Of a stretch of 64,000 nucleotides of DNA, positions 21,332 through 31,578 are shown piece after piece. The first letter of the stretch is position 1. Each line of letters begins with the position of its first letter. Below the pieces are notes generated by a model. That model did no database searches, was not told the DNA's origin, and was given only the letters and a program-made list of their open reading frames with translations. This DNA comes from an uncultured Gemmatimonadaceae bacterium (lineage in GTDB: Bacteria; Gemmatimonadota; Gemmatimonadetes; Gemmatimonadales; Gemmatimonadaceae): positions 1-64,000 of the forward strand of contig CAWFQK010000003.1 in NCBI GenBank assembly GCA_963817955.1, given 5' to 3'. Both the position numbers and the translations under genes were made by a program.

Positions 21332-21924
21332 TAGGCGATATCCAGCAAGACCTTCACGGTCCGCAAGACGATTCGCAGATCAGCCGTGAGCCGCCAGTGA
21401 CGGACGTACGACAATTCAATGTCACAACGCTCCGGATAACCCACGCCGTGCCGTCCACTGACCGCCCATGCACCAGTGAGTCCAGGGCGCGCCGACAGCA
21501 AGAGGTCAGCCGAGTTGCCATACATGTGCAACTCGTCCTCGACAATCGGGCGCGGCCCGACGAGCGACATGTCCCCCAGCAGCACGTTCCAGAGCTGGGG
21601 AAGCTCGTCGAGACTGGACTTGCGCAGAAACTTTCCGAGTTTCGTGGTGCGCGGGTCGCGATCTTCGGGAATCTTGAAATGGTTCCGTCGGTATTCCTCG
21701 TACAGCGCAGGATCGCTCTTGAGCTGCTCTTCGGCATCGAGCGCCATCGTTCGGAGCTTGAGACAATTGAACAGCTTCCCGCGATACCCTACGCGGCGGT
21801 GGGCGAAGATCGGGCGGCCGGGCGACTCGAGGCACACCAGAGCGGCCAGCACCGCGATGACCGGCGCGGCCACGATCAGGCTCGCGCTCGCACCGGCCAC
21901 GTCGATGATGCGTTTCAGGGCCAA
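21331..21924 (-). CDS. Phosphoglycosyl transferase, 5'-truncated copy 2 (Bac_transf domain intact and in frame)
   Basis: LKRIIDVAGA TM, then KLRTM, SLDELPQL, SLVGPRP; homology to the full copy begins abruptly near 21935. Confidence 0.82.
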   Translation of the reverse strand: MALKRIIDVAGASASLIVAAPVIAVLAALVCLESPGRPIFAHRRVGYRGKLFNCLKLRTMALDAEEQLKSDPALYEEYRRNHFKIPEDRDPRTTKLGKFLRKSSLDELPQLWNVLLGDMSLVGPRPIVEDELHMYGNSADLLLSARPGLTGAWAVSGRHGVGYPERCDIELSYVRHWRLTADLRIVLRTVKVLLDIA

Positions 21925-21951
21925 CGCCCATCGTCAGGCGACCAACGCTGA

Positions 21952-22539
21952 TTACTCACTTGCTGAAAAGAGCGCCGCAGTAGTTCTGATGGCCGGCTGC
22001 TTGACCTTCGCGGCCTTGACCAGCGCCGACCCAATTGTGAACGCGACCCCCCGCCCAATCTCAGTCACCCAAAGCACCAGCTGGCGTCCGCTCCGCCGCT
22101 CGCGCACGATCCCGCGCACTCCGCGGAGTACGCCCTCCTGCACGATCACTTCATCGCCCGGTGCGTAGTCGACGCTCTCAGTAACAGCTTCGGGCGCGGC
22201 ACCCTCGCGTCCGATCGCGTCGCGCAGTGAGGAGACAAAGCTGTCGGCAAGAAGCGCTGGCTTCCCGCGCTCCGTGATCACAGTCAGAACCCCTGGAGTC
22301 CGAAGAATCTTATGCCAGTCCGCATTGGTAGCCCGGGCAAAGAGATAGCCCGGGAAAAGCGGACACTCGACTTCCCTCCAGCGGTCACTCCAGCGGTGAC
22401 GCTCCTTCACGATGGGAAGCCACGGGGACAGCCCGAGCGCCGCGATCCGCTTCTCGACCTTCTTCTCGGCTCGCGATTCGGCCCAGATCACGAACCACGA
22501 GTCAGTTTGAGCTTCAGGAGAACCGGTATTCTGAATCAT
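21952..22539 (-). CDS. UpxY/RfaH-like NusG paralogue (copy 2)
   Basis: Highly similar to 7963..8505. Confidence 0.9.
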   Translation of the reverse strand: MIQNTGSPEAQTDSWFVIWAESRAEKKVEKRIAALGLSPWLPIVKERHRWSDRWREVECPLFPGYLFARATNADWHKILRTPGVLTVITERGKPALLADSFVSSLRDAIGREGAAPEAVTESVDYAPGDEVIVQEGVLRGVRGIVRERRSGRQLVLWVTEIGRGVAFTIGSALVKAAKVKQPAIRTTAALFSASE

Positions 22540-22643
22540 GCATACCCAAGTGCATGGTCAGTCACAGAACGTGACGAACCAAGAAAAATACCGTGACGAA
22601 TCCAGCGAGGTACGCCCGGGCCGCCGCTGGAGCTGAGGGAGGG

Positions 22644-22676
22644 ATGTTCAACGCATGAACATATGAAGCTGGCTAG
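22644..22676 (-). promoter_or_regulatory. Perfect operator ATGTTCA-N5-TGAACAT and -10 (TATGTT) of the IS-split promoter; -35 TTGACG displaced to 24187-24182
   Basis: Removing the IS and one CTAG restores TTGACG-N17-TATGTT. Confidence 0.7.
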
Positions 22677-24173
22677 CACTACTCTGCCATGCTCATTCAC
22701 GCTGTGATGGCAATCGAGTATAGCAGTGCGGGCAGTGCGTGAAGCGGCGATGAAAGTTTGCCACGATCGCTTTGCGGAGCGTGGGGAGCGTCGGTTGCGG
22801 TGGCGGTCCGTGGACCAGGGCGTCGAGAGGGGCTGGTTTTTTCCCGCGGCGCGTGCAGGGCCTGCAGGCGCCGATGTTGGAGATAGGCAAAGGCGATCAT
22901 CGTGAGCAGCGCGTGATGATGCAGGCCCAGCCAGCTGCGGCCCTCAAAGTGATCGAGCCCCAGTTCCTCCTTCAACTGTTGATGGACTTGCTCGCAGACC
23001 CAACGCGCTTTGATCGCCCGGGCCAGCGTCAGGAGCGAGGTCCGCGGCGGATGATTGGTCAAGTAGTATTTCTGCTCGCCCGTGGCGCGCCGTTCGCAGA
23101 CGAGCCAGGCCGCGTCCCCGGGGAGGTGCCGCCCGCTGGCCATGCGCGGCCCATCGGCGACGCGCACTCGCACGGCCGCGAATTCGGCGACGAGCAACCC
23201 TTTGGTCCCGCGCCGCCACGACACTTTGCGAAACACTCCTCGACGAGGCCCGCGTCCACGTGGCGTAATCAGGGCCTCAATCCGCGCCTTGGCCGAGACG
23301 CTGGGTGCGGTCGGCACGGGATGCTTCTGGGGTCGCCCCATGGGCCCTTGGCTCGGCGCGACGAGGGCCACGTCGGCCGGATAGACGTGCTGCGTCGCAT
23401 CCACGCCGACGGCCCAGCGGAGGCCGCGGGTGTGAGCCCGGCGCGAAACTCGGGGCTTTTGCCATAGCCCGCATCGGCGAGCGCGAGGCCAAAGCGCACG
23501 CCGGCCGCCAACACGCGGTCCACCTCGACGAGAGCAAGCTCGCCTTTCGTGTGAAACGCGATGTCGTCCGGCACTTTCGCCCGCGCACGCCGCACCGGAT
23601 CATTGGCCCAGGCCTCGGGCAGGTACAGCCGGAGGGCCAGCGGCACGGGCACCTCACCACGCGCCAGCGTGAGCGAGACCAAGGCTTGGCAATTCGCCGT
23701 CTTGCCGAGCGCGCCACAGTACTGCCGTGCCACGCCCACCGAGTGGCGGCCCTGCTTCACGAGACTCGTATCGTCGATGATGAGCACCGCGTCCGGGCCG
23801 CCGACCAACGAATCGGCCTCGTGCGCGAGCACCGTCTCGAGCGGCTCGGTGGCCCAGGGCGCCGCCGCGACGAAGTGATGCAACTGCTGCGTCTCGCCCG
23901 GGCAGACGCGCTCCGCCATGGGCTCGACACTCTTGCGTTCACCCGGGCCGAGCAACCCTTTGAGATAGACCGGAGCCCAACGGCGCTGGGCCGCCCGCTC
24001 AAAGGCCTCCGAGAAGGGTGCGAGCCACCGCTCGAAGTCCGCTTCCCACGCCGCGCTCGCTGCCTGCGCCGCGTCTTTGCCGCTCCGCTCGACCGTCCTG
24101 CTCATAACTCCCACTCCCCAGCGAAGGTCCGCGTGTTCTTACACCGCGCCGGCCACGGGGTGGCAGAGTAGTG
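22677..24173 (-). mobile_element. IS701-family insertion sequence, 1497 bp, 13-bp perfect TIRs, CTAG target duplication
   Basis: CACTACTCTGCCA (22677-22689) / TGGCAGAGTAGTG (24161-24173); CTAG at 22673-22676 and 24174-24177. Confidence 0.95.
22697..24105 (-). CDS. IS701-family DDE transposase (1-bp frameshift near 23430)
   Basis: ERKSVEPMA, LIIDDTSLVKQGRHSVGVARQYCGALGKTANCQ, ADAGYG, RWVCEQVHQQLKEELGLDHFEGRSW. Confidence 0.92.
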
Positions 24174-24223
24174 CTAGCCACCGTCAAGATAATTGAAACA
24201 CCTCAGACGCCAGCAACCGGCCA

Positions 24224-26197
24224 TCAAGTGCCACTCGCCGCCTTTGCCCCGCGCCTGATGGCGAGATCAGGCATCAGCCAGGCTTCTGGTACGCGCGCCT
24301 CACGAGACGGCTCGGCCAGCTTCGGCTGCAGCATCATTGGCTGATATTCCGGGACGAGCTTCTTGATCATCCGCCGCAACTCGGCTTCCGGCTCACGACG
24401 CCGAGCGGCTTCGATGAGCTTGTCCACGTATACGTCGAGCTCAGTCGATGAGTTGCTGTCACGCGCTTGCAGGATCTTCTCGTGCGTCGTCGGCGTCGCG
24501 TCCTCTGGCCCAAAGAAGAGCTCCTCGTAGAGCTTTTCGCCAGGGCGCAAGCCGGTGTAGTGGATCTCGATATCGTCGACCTCGAGACCGGACAGGCGGA
24601 TGAGATCTTCAGCGAGGTCGGCAATGCGAACCGGCTCACCCATGTCGAGCACGAACACCTCGCCACCCCGTCCAAGTGCCGCGGCTTGCAGCACCAGTTG
24701 CACCGCCTCCGGAATGGTCATGAAGTAGCGCCGCATCTCAAGATGCGTGATCGTGATCGGCCCGCCGGCGGCAATCTGTCTCAAGAACGTGGGGACCACG
24801 CTGCCTCGGCTGCCCAGAACGTTCCCGAACCGAACGGCCACGTAAGGTCTGTGCGTGCGCTCGGCTACCGAGCAGACCGTGCCTTCGGCGATCCGCTTCG
24901 TGGCACCCATGATACTTGTTGGGCGAACGGCCTTGTCTGTCGAGATGAGCACCATGCGCTCGACATTGAATTCGGCACAGAGCTCGGCGACGGTCCGCGT
25001 GCCCAAGACATTATTGAGGATCGCCTCGTCGACGCTTGCCTCCATGAGCGGAACGTGCTTATGCGCGGCGGCGTGGAAGACCGTAAACGGTTTGGACGCC
25101 TCGAAAACGGCGCGTAGGCGCACACCGTCACGCACATCCACGATCGCCGGCGTCACCGGAATCTGCGGATAATTGATGCGCAGCTCCTCGATCAGCTCAA
25201 AGATCGAGTTCTCTCCACGGCCGACGACGACCATTCGAGCAGGAGCAAGTTGAGCGAGTTGTCGGCACAGCTCGCTGCCAATCGAACCACCGGCGCCGGT
25301 CACGAGGACCGTCTTGTGGGAAACGAAGCTGGCAACCTGGCTCGAGTTCGTTTCGATCGGTTCGCGGCGCAACAGATCTTCGATCTGGATGGGGCGCAAG
25401 GCACTCACGGCCTTGGCGCCCGACAGGATCTCGTACATGCCGGGAACGGTGCGATTGCGAACACCGGCGGCGGCCGAGCGCTGCATGATGTCGCGTATCA
25501 CCTTCCCGCGCGCCGAGGGCAGTGCGATGATGACCTCGTCTACCGCCTGGGCCAGAACAACTTCCTCGAGGCTGGAGATCGGCCCGAAGACGCGGAGCCC
25601 GTGTAGATAGTGACCGTGCTTCGTTCGGTCGTCATCGAGAAAGCCAACCGGCACCAGGCCAAGCTGATGATGGTCGAGGAGTTCTTTGGCAATCATGCCA
25701 CCGGCGTCACCAGCGCCGGCGATCAGCACCGTGCGCGTCTGGCGTGCAGCCCCGCCGTGTACCGATCGCCCATAGTCCCTTCCTAGGCGGGCGCGCTTGT
25801 GTCGCGTCGCAACGCGCAGCAAGAGTCGAGACAGCGTGACCGCGCCGGCGGTGAGTATAGCGTCCATGAGCAGGACGCCGATCGGCACTCGCTGGTGCAC
25901 GAAGCCGAGCAGGGGCATTGCGACCAAACCAACACCGAACGAGACGATGATCCCGAGTAGGCAGGCGATCAGCGCTATTTCCAGATCGGCAACGCTGGCG
26001 TACCGCCACAGGCGACTGTAGAGGCCCACGCGCCAGAACAGAACGATCTTGAGTGGAATGGCGATAGCGGCATAGCCGATCGCAATACCAGCCATTGTCG
26101 GCCACCATCCCAATCCTTCAAATCGTGCGGTGAAGGATAGGAGCACGGCCACTGCAGCCAGCAGCACATCGAGAGCAAGGAAAACCCGGTTTCTCAT
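24224..26197 (-). CDS. CapD/PglF-like membrane NDP-sugar 4,6-dehydratase (intact copy)
   Basis: 4 TM N-terminus, IAGAGDAG, VTGAGGSIGSELCRQ, HAAAHKHVP, STDKAVRP, RFGNVLGSRGSV; 657 aa. Confidence 0.93.
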   Translation of the reverse strand: MRNRVFLALDVLLAAVAVLLSFTARFEGLGWWPTMAGIAIGYAAIAIPLKIVLFWRVGLYSRLWRYASVADLEIALIACLLGIIVSFGVGLVAMPLLGFVHQRVPIGVLLMDAILTAGAVTLSRLLLRVATRHKRARLGRDYGRSVHGGAARQTRTVLIAGAGDAGGMIAKELLDHHQLGLVPVGFLDDDRTKHGHYLHGLRVFGPISSLEEVVLAQAVDEVIIALPSARGKVIRDIMQRSAAAGVRNRTVPGMYEILSGAKAVSALRPIQIEDLLRREPIETNSSQVASFVSHKTVLVTGAGGSIGSELCRQLAQLAPARMVVVGRGENSIFELIEELRINYPQIPVTPAIVDVRDGVRLRAVFEASKPFTVFHAAAHKHVPLMEASVDEAILNNVLGTRTVAELCAEFNVERMVLISTDKAVRPTSIMGATKRIAEGTVCSVAERTHRPYVAVRFGNVLGSRGSVVPTFLRQIAAGGPITITHLEMRRYFMTIPEAVQLVLQAAALGRGGEVFVLDMGEPVRIADLAEDLIRLSGLEVDDIEIHYTGLRPGEKLYEELFFGPEDATPTTHEKILQARDSNSSTELDVYVDKLIEAARRREPEAELRRMIKKLVPEYQPMMLQPKLAEPSREARVPEAWLMPDLAIRRGAKAASGT

Positions 26198-26229
26198 CGT
26201 TCACGTCTGCATTGTTCGCCCTAGACCAT

Positions 26230-26380
26230 GGATCGACGCGATTCCAGAACCAATCTGTGCGCTCCGCCCTGACGAGGTGCACCATGCGTGTGGGATAGAA
26301 CCACGTGGCAAACCGGAAACGCTCGACAATTCCGTGCAGTATGTGAGAATTACGGCGGTGACGCGTTTACCTGCAGCCAC
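26230..26380 (-). pseudogene. GT2 remnant with about 0.7 kb internal deletion
   Basis: 26336-26380 matches the 5' end and 26250-26335 the 3' end of 20462..21331, fused at aattccgt|gcagta. Confidence 0.8.
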
Positions 26381-27436
26381 TAGCCAATATCCAGCAAGAC
26401 CTTCACGGTCCGTAAGACGATTCGCAGATCAGCCGTGAGCCGCCAATGACGGACGTACGACAATTCAATGTCACAACGCTCCGGATAGCCCACGCCGTGC
26501 CGTCCACTGACCGCCCATGCACCAGTGAGTCCAGGGCGCGCGGACAGCAAGAGGTCAACCGAGTTGCCATACATGTGCAACTCGTCCTCGACAACCGGGC
26601 GAGGCCCGACGAGCGACATGTCCCCCAGCAGCACGTTCCAGAGTTGGGGGAGCTCGTCGAGACTGGACTTGCGCAGAGAACTTTCCGAGTTTCGTCGTGC
26701 GCGGGTCGCGATCTTCGGGAATCTTGAAATGGTTCCGTCGGTATTCCTCGTACAGCGCAGGGTCGCTCTTGAGCTGATCTTCGGCATCGAGCGCCATCGT
26801 TCGGAGCTTGAGACAATTGAACCGCTTCCCGCGATACCCTACGCGGCGGTGGGCGAAGATCGGCCGGCCGGGCGACTCGATGCACACCAGAGTAGCCAGC
26901 ACCGCGATGACCGGCGCAGCCACGATCAGGCCGGCGCTCGCACCGGCCACGTCGATGATGCGTTTCAGGGCCAACGCCCATCGTCGTTGCGGGATCCTCG
27001 TGAGCTGAACGACCGGGCTGTCGCCACTCCACACCACTCGTGGGTCGTGGTCGGCCAGGACATCGGTCGGCATCACCGCGAGCAGCTCGCAATGGTGGAG
27101 CAGTGCCAGGTCGGCAACGACACGCATGACGGAAGGCCCCACCGGCCCGGCCATTAGCATCGCATAAACGCCGCCCTGCCCGAGGAGCTCGGATACGCGA
27201 GCCGCGACGTCAAATGCATCTTCTGCTCCTACGTCCACGGCCAGCGCGACGTCAGCCGCGAAACGCCCATCTGCGATTGCCGGATGATCCAACGCGCGCG
27301 GAATGTCCGAAGGAGCACCGATCACCACGATTCGCCGCTGCGGTTGGCGCAGTGGCGGTACTGGAGCGCGTTGAGCGGTTCCGCCCGCCGTCGCCCGTTT
27401 CCCTCGCGGCTCGGCAAGCGTGGTCTTTGGAGTCAT
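26380..27436 (-). CDS. Full-length phosphoglycosyl transferase (WcaJ-like C-terminal domain), copy 3; 1-bp frameshift near 26678
   Basis: Extra N-terminal RIVVIGAP domain, LKRIID TM, KLRTM, SLDELPQL, SLVGPRP. Confidence 0.85.
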
Positions 27437-27517
27437 CAAGATTGCGTTCGTTCGTTCTGGCGCATGATCACCAATGCGAATGTACTCACACAATGGCTGT
27501 GATCATAATCCGCACCA

Positions 27518-28501
27518 TTACCGCTCGACAGCCGAGTATGTCAACTGCGTGCGCCCGAAACTCCCGGCGATGGGCGACATAGCGCCGGTTACGATTGCAC
27601 GGGCTCTTGGCCCGTCGCGTCGCGACAGGTACCGCACCAGATGGATGGCGCGCGTTGGATAGAACCAGAGCGCAAAGCCAAGCCGCTCAGCCACGCTGTA
27701 GTGTCGCCTCACCATTCGGCGCCTGTTCGTATCGCGGAGCACGATCTGTCGCGGCGTGGGCGGCGCCGCGCGGCCTATGCGGTGCAGCACGCGTGCCGTC
27801 GGCTCATACAACAGTGTATACCCGGCGGACTGGAGACGAATGGAGAACTCCAGGTCTTCGACATATGTGAAGTAGCTCTCGTCGAACCCTCCAACAGCCC
27901 GGAAGACGTCGGCATGCGCCAGAAAGCAGCAGCCGCATGCAAAGGTGATTGCCATGCGTTTCTGCGATCGATCAACGGGTTGGTTCTCCCGCAGATGCGT
28001 GCCCATCGCGCGCAGGCGCGAATAGATGCCGCCGGCGTACCAGACGGTTTCCGGCTGGTCGAAGTACAGGATTTGTGGGACTACCGCCGCGACACCAGTA
28101 TCAACGGCAGCCTGTACCAATCGGCTCACGCAATCAGGATCAACATCCGTGTCGTCGTTCAACACCATGATGTAGTCGGCATCATGCGTGAGCGCCCACT
28201 CGATGCCGCGGTTGTTCCCGGCTGTGTAGCCACCGTTCGTTCCCGCTTGGAGGTGTACGACGTTTGGGAAGCGCGCCCGGAGTCGTTCGGCAGAATGGTC
28301 GGGGGAAGCGTTGTCCACGACAACGACAGTCAGCGCTCGATATGTCGAACGGGCAAGCGATTCCAGGCAAGCGGCCGCTTCGGATTCGTTGCAATACGTG
28401 AGAACTATGACGGCTACCCGCGGAAGCGCACCTTCGAGCTGGGAAACGCCTTCAGTACGACGCGACGCGGCTACCAATGAGAATTCTCCTGGCTGCTTCA
28501 A
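27518..28501 (-). CDS. GT2-family glycosyltransferase, paralogue of 20462..21331 (start uncertain)
   Basis: [47 protein letters not shown]. Confidence 0.88.
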   Translation of the reverse strand: MKQPGEFSLVAASRRTEGVSQLEGALPRVAVIVLTYCNESEAAACLESLARSTYRALTVVVVDNASPDHSAERLRARFPNVVHLQAGTNGGYTAGNNRGIEWALTHDADYIMVLNDDTDVDPDCVSRLVQAAVDTGVAAVVPQILYFDQPETVWYAGGIYSRLRAMGTHLRENQPVDRSQKRMAITFACGCCFLAHADVFRAVGGFDESYFTYVEDLEFSIRLQSAGYTLLYEPTARVLHRIGRAAPPTPRQIVLRDTNRRRMVRRHYSVAERLGFALWFYPTRAIHLVRYLSRRDGPRARAIVTGAMSPIAGSFGRTQLTYSAVER

Positions 28502-29489
28502 TGACTTGGGACGGTGTGATGCTGCTCAAACATACGTTGGCCGAGCAGCGAGCAAAGTCGCGGCCATCGTGGCACGGGCGGCAGGCGAGGTGTTCGCCGC
28601 CCCACAGCACCGTAACCGTTTGGTCCATCGAAAGAACCTGGGCTGGAATGGTTGGACCGAACAACGCGAGGAGAGGCGTTCGCACGAGTCGCGCCAGGTG
28701 CATTGGACCCGTGTCGTGGGAGATGGCAAGATCGCTGTTCCGAAGCAGTCCCAACGTCTCCACCAACGATAATTCCCCTATACGGTCTGTGGTTTTTATG
28801 CCCGCGAAGGATTCGCGCACCCAGGTATCGTGCGGCGCTCCAATAAGAACGACATCGCAGCCGTCCGCCACGAGTGCCCGGGCTGTCTCGGCGTAGTATT
28901 CCAGCGGCCAGCGGCGCAGCGGGTCGTCGCGCAGGGCATTGCGCGCACCACCAGGCACCACCATCACCCGCGGTCTCGTACGCCTCGAGTTCGCCGCAGG
29001 CACGATATGCCGCAAGTCGGCCATCGAGAACCGGCGCTCGATAGGACCGACGTGCTCGCGACCGCCCGGGCCCGACAAACGGGCGTACTCGTCGCCGAGA
29101 AACCGAGCCGGCACCGGATTCATGGCGCCGTGCCGCGAGCGCGACAGAGAGGCTTTCGGAACGCCGATCAGGTGCAGAACGAGTAGCTGATATCGTGGAT
29201 CGGGGTGCAGCACGATTGCACGGTCAAAGCGACGGCCGAGGCGCCACCATAGGCCGACGATCTCTCTGGCTCGTGCGATGGCGTTTCCATGATACAGCCG
29301 CTCCTGATCGACCGTGACCGTACGTGCGATCCCCTGGAACAACCGAACAACGGGCTCGGCGGAAGCGCCGCACACCCAGGTGATCTCGGCGTTCGGTTGT
29401 TCGGCACGAAGTCGCTCGGTGACGGTGGACGCCACCGCCGCGTCGCCGATGCCTGCCACGTGAACGACCAGGATTCGCTCTCTCAGCAT
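28452..29489 (-). CDS. GT9-family glycosyltransferase (heptosyltransferase-like)
   Basis: ILVVHVAGIGD, RRWPLEYY, ISHDTGPMHLA, ALFGPT, LACRPC. Confidence 0.88.
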   Translation of the reverse strand: MLRERILVVHVAGIGDAAVASTVTERLRAEQPNAEITWVCGASAEPVVRLFQGIARTVTVDQERLYHGNAIARAREIVGLWWRLGRRFDRAIVLHPDPRYQLLVLHLIGVPKASLSRSRHGAMNPVPARFLGDEYARLSGPGGREHVGPIERRFSMADLRHIVPAANSRRTRPRVMVVPGGARNALRDDPLRRWPLEYYAETARALVADGCDVVLIGAPHDTWVRESFAGIKTTDRIGELSLVETLGLLRNSDLAISHDTGPMHLARLVRTPLLALFGPTIPAQVLSMDQTVTVLWGGEHLACRPCHDGRDFARCSANVCLSSITPSQVIEAARRILIGSRVASY

Positions 29490-29539
29490 GTTCCGATATT
29501 ACTTTGCGACACTCGATCTCTCGACCGTTTTGGAGGCAC

Positions 29540-30295
29540 ATGGGGCTGGCGTTCGACATCGTCAAACGCGTGAATGCAGTAGCGCGGGCATCGGGAGCCG
29601 CCGAGTCCGTCCTCCAGTTTGAGAATCTGGGCACGCTGTCTCAATATCGCACGCCCTACATGTTAACCGAGCAACATGTTGCGAAGGGCGACCGCGTGCT
29701 GGACTGGGGGTGCGGAAACGGTCATTTCAGCTTGTTTTTGGATTCGCTTGGTGCGTCAGTCACCGGCTATTCGTTTGAGCCACCGCCGCGGGTGATGCAT
29801 TCCTCACGGACCTTTCGGTTCGTGCCGGGAAGCCCCTCTGATCCGCGTGCGCTGCCCTTTCCCGATGGCAGCTTTGACGTGGCGGTGAGCGTAGGGGTGC
29901 TCGAACACGTCTGGGAAACGGGCGGCGACGAAGCGTCGTCGCTATCTGAGCTGGCTCGCGTGGTGAGGCCCGGTGGCACAATCCTGATCTTTCATTTGCC
30001 GAGCGAGACGGGGTGGATAGAGAACGTGGTGCGGGCGCTACATCTGAACAAACATCTGCACGGTCGCCGCTATGGATCGCCATGGATTCGAGAGCACTGT
30101 GCAGGAGCGGGGCTGACGATTGCCGACATAGGCCGCTATAACACACTGCCTCGTGCCGAGTTGAGACTGGTGCCGGGGGTGCTACGACACAGCGAGGCAT
30201 TCGTTTGCGCGTACGACGGCCTTGACAATCTGATTGCTCAGGCATTGCCGAGTGTCTGCACCAACTACTATGTGGTGGCCCGGAAACCGGTGTGA
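29540..30295 (+). CDS. Class I SAM-dependent methyltransferase
   Basis: VLDWGCGNG, LPFPDGSFD, GVLEHV, RVVRPGG; GGAGG SD before ATG 29540. Confidence 0.85.
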   Translation: MGLAFDIVKRVNAVARASGAAESVLQFENLGTLSQYRTPYMLTEQHVAKGDRVLDWGCGNGHFSLFLDSLGASVTGYSFEPPPRVMHSSRTFRFVPGSPSDPRALPFPDGSFDVAVSVGVLEHVWETGGDEASSLSELARVVRPGGTILIFHLPSETGWIENVVRALHLNKHLHGRRYGSPWIREHCAGAGLTIADIGRYNTLPRAELRLVPGVLRHSEAFVCAYDGLDNLIAQALPSVCTNYYVVARKPV

Positions 30296-31578
30296 CAGCG
30301 TCGTCGCCGCTCGCCCAACCCACCGGCGTCGCCGACCGCGCTGACGGCCACCAAGGGATTTACAAGAAAGCGAGCGCGCTGTTCGGAGCGCAGGCGATTG
30401 GTCTGGTAGTGCCGCTCATCAGCATCCCATACCTGGCGCGCGTTCTGGGTCCAGACGCTTGGGGTCCGGTGGTCGTTGCTCAAGCGTTGGGAAATTGGCT
30501 GATGCTGCTGCTCGAATTCGGGTTCGAGCTGTCGGGCACCCGCGCTGTGGCGCGAGCGCGTGCTGCGCCGGGTACGATGGCGGAGGTGGTACACGGCGTA
30601 CAGAGCGCGAAGACACTCCTCGTCATGACCATGGTTCCGCTCGTTCTCCTCGCCTATGTCCTCATTCCGGCGCTACGGGCCGAGGCAGCGTTGATCGGGT
30701 GGGCCGTTGTGTATGCTGCGCTGCGCGGATTCAGTCCGCTCTGGTTCTATCAGGGCATCGAGCGGCAGAACGCAGCAGCCTACGTCGATATGGTCACGCG
30801 GGCGCTCGCGGCGCTCGGCGTCTTCGTGGTGGTACACGGTCCATTGGACGGCGTTCGGGTGTTGCAATTGCAGGCCGGTTTCTCCGCACTCTCCTTGCTC
30901 GTCCTGACCGCCGGAATGACGCGACACGTGGCGCTCCGGGCACCGGCGATGGGGCCGGCGTGGAGCACGCTGCGAGAGGGATGGAGCATGTTCGCCATGC
31001 GGGCCTGGAGCGGTTTGTACATTCAGGCTAATGCACTCATTCTGAGCGCAATGGCGAGTGCCGCGACGGTGGCGTTCTACGGTGGCGCTGAGCGTATCGT
31101 GCGAGCGGCAATCAACCTGCTGCAGCCGCTGACTCAGGTATATCTGCCACGGGTCAGCTATCTGCACGCCGCCGATCCTGCAGCGGCGCAACGGATGATC
31201 CGCCATGCGATGGTGGTCGTTGGGGCTGTGGGCCTGGCCATGGGCGTGGCCGCATTTGCCGGAGCGCCGCTTCTCGTACACGTCATTCTCGGCGCGGGAT
31301 ATGAGGCGGCCATTCCGGTGCTTCGATTATTCGGGCTGCTGCCCTTTCTCGTGGCAATAACGACGGTGCTCGGGATCTACTGGGCACTTCCCTTCGGCCA
31401 CGAACGTTCCGTTCTCACAGCGATCATCGCCGCGGGACTGGCAAACGTGGGACTCGCACTCGTGTTCGTTCCTCGGTGGGGCGCGGCAGGGATGGCGGCG
31501 GCGGCGATTCTCGCCGAATGTGTCGTGCTGGTTTTCCTGGGCACGCTGTATGTTCGGCAAACTCGCCGCCGCGCATGA
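30292..31578 (+). CDS. wzx: Wzx oligosaccharide flippase
   Basis: VPLISIPYLARVLGP..WG, EFGFELSGTR, PLWFYQGIE, about 12 TM. Confidence 0.88.
   Translation: MTASSPLAQPTGVADRADGHQGIYKKASALFGAQAIGLVVPLISIPYLARVLGPDAWGPVVVAQALGNWLMLLLEFGFELSGTRAVARARAAPGTMAEVVHGVQSAKTLLVMTMVPLVLLAYVLIPALRAEAALIGWAVVYAALRGFSPLWFYQGIERQNAAAYVDMVTRALAALGVFVVVHGPLDGVRVLQLQAGFSALSLLVLTAGMTRHVALRAPAMGPAWSTLREGWSMFAMRAWSGLYIQANALILSAMASAATVAFYGGAERIVRAAINLLQPLTQVYLPRVSYLHAADPAAAQRMIRHAMVVVGAVGLAMGVAAFAGAPLLVHVILGAGYEAAIPVLRLFGLLPFLVAITTVLGIYWALPFGHERSVLTAIIAAGLANVGLALVFVPRWGAAGMAAAAILAECVVLVFLGTLYVRQTRRRA

Noticed and set aside
23420..23440. Programmed frameshift in the IS701 transposase
   Set aside because: No slippery heptamer; IS701 transposases are normally single ORFs, so this is a mutation or sequencing error
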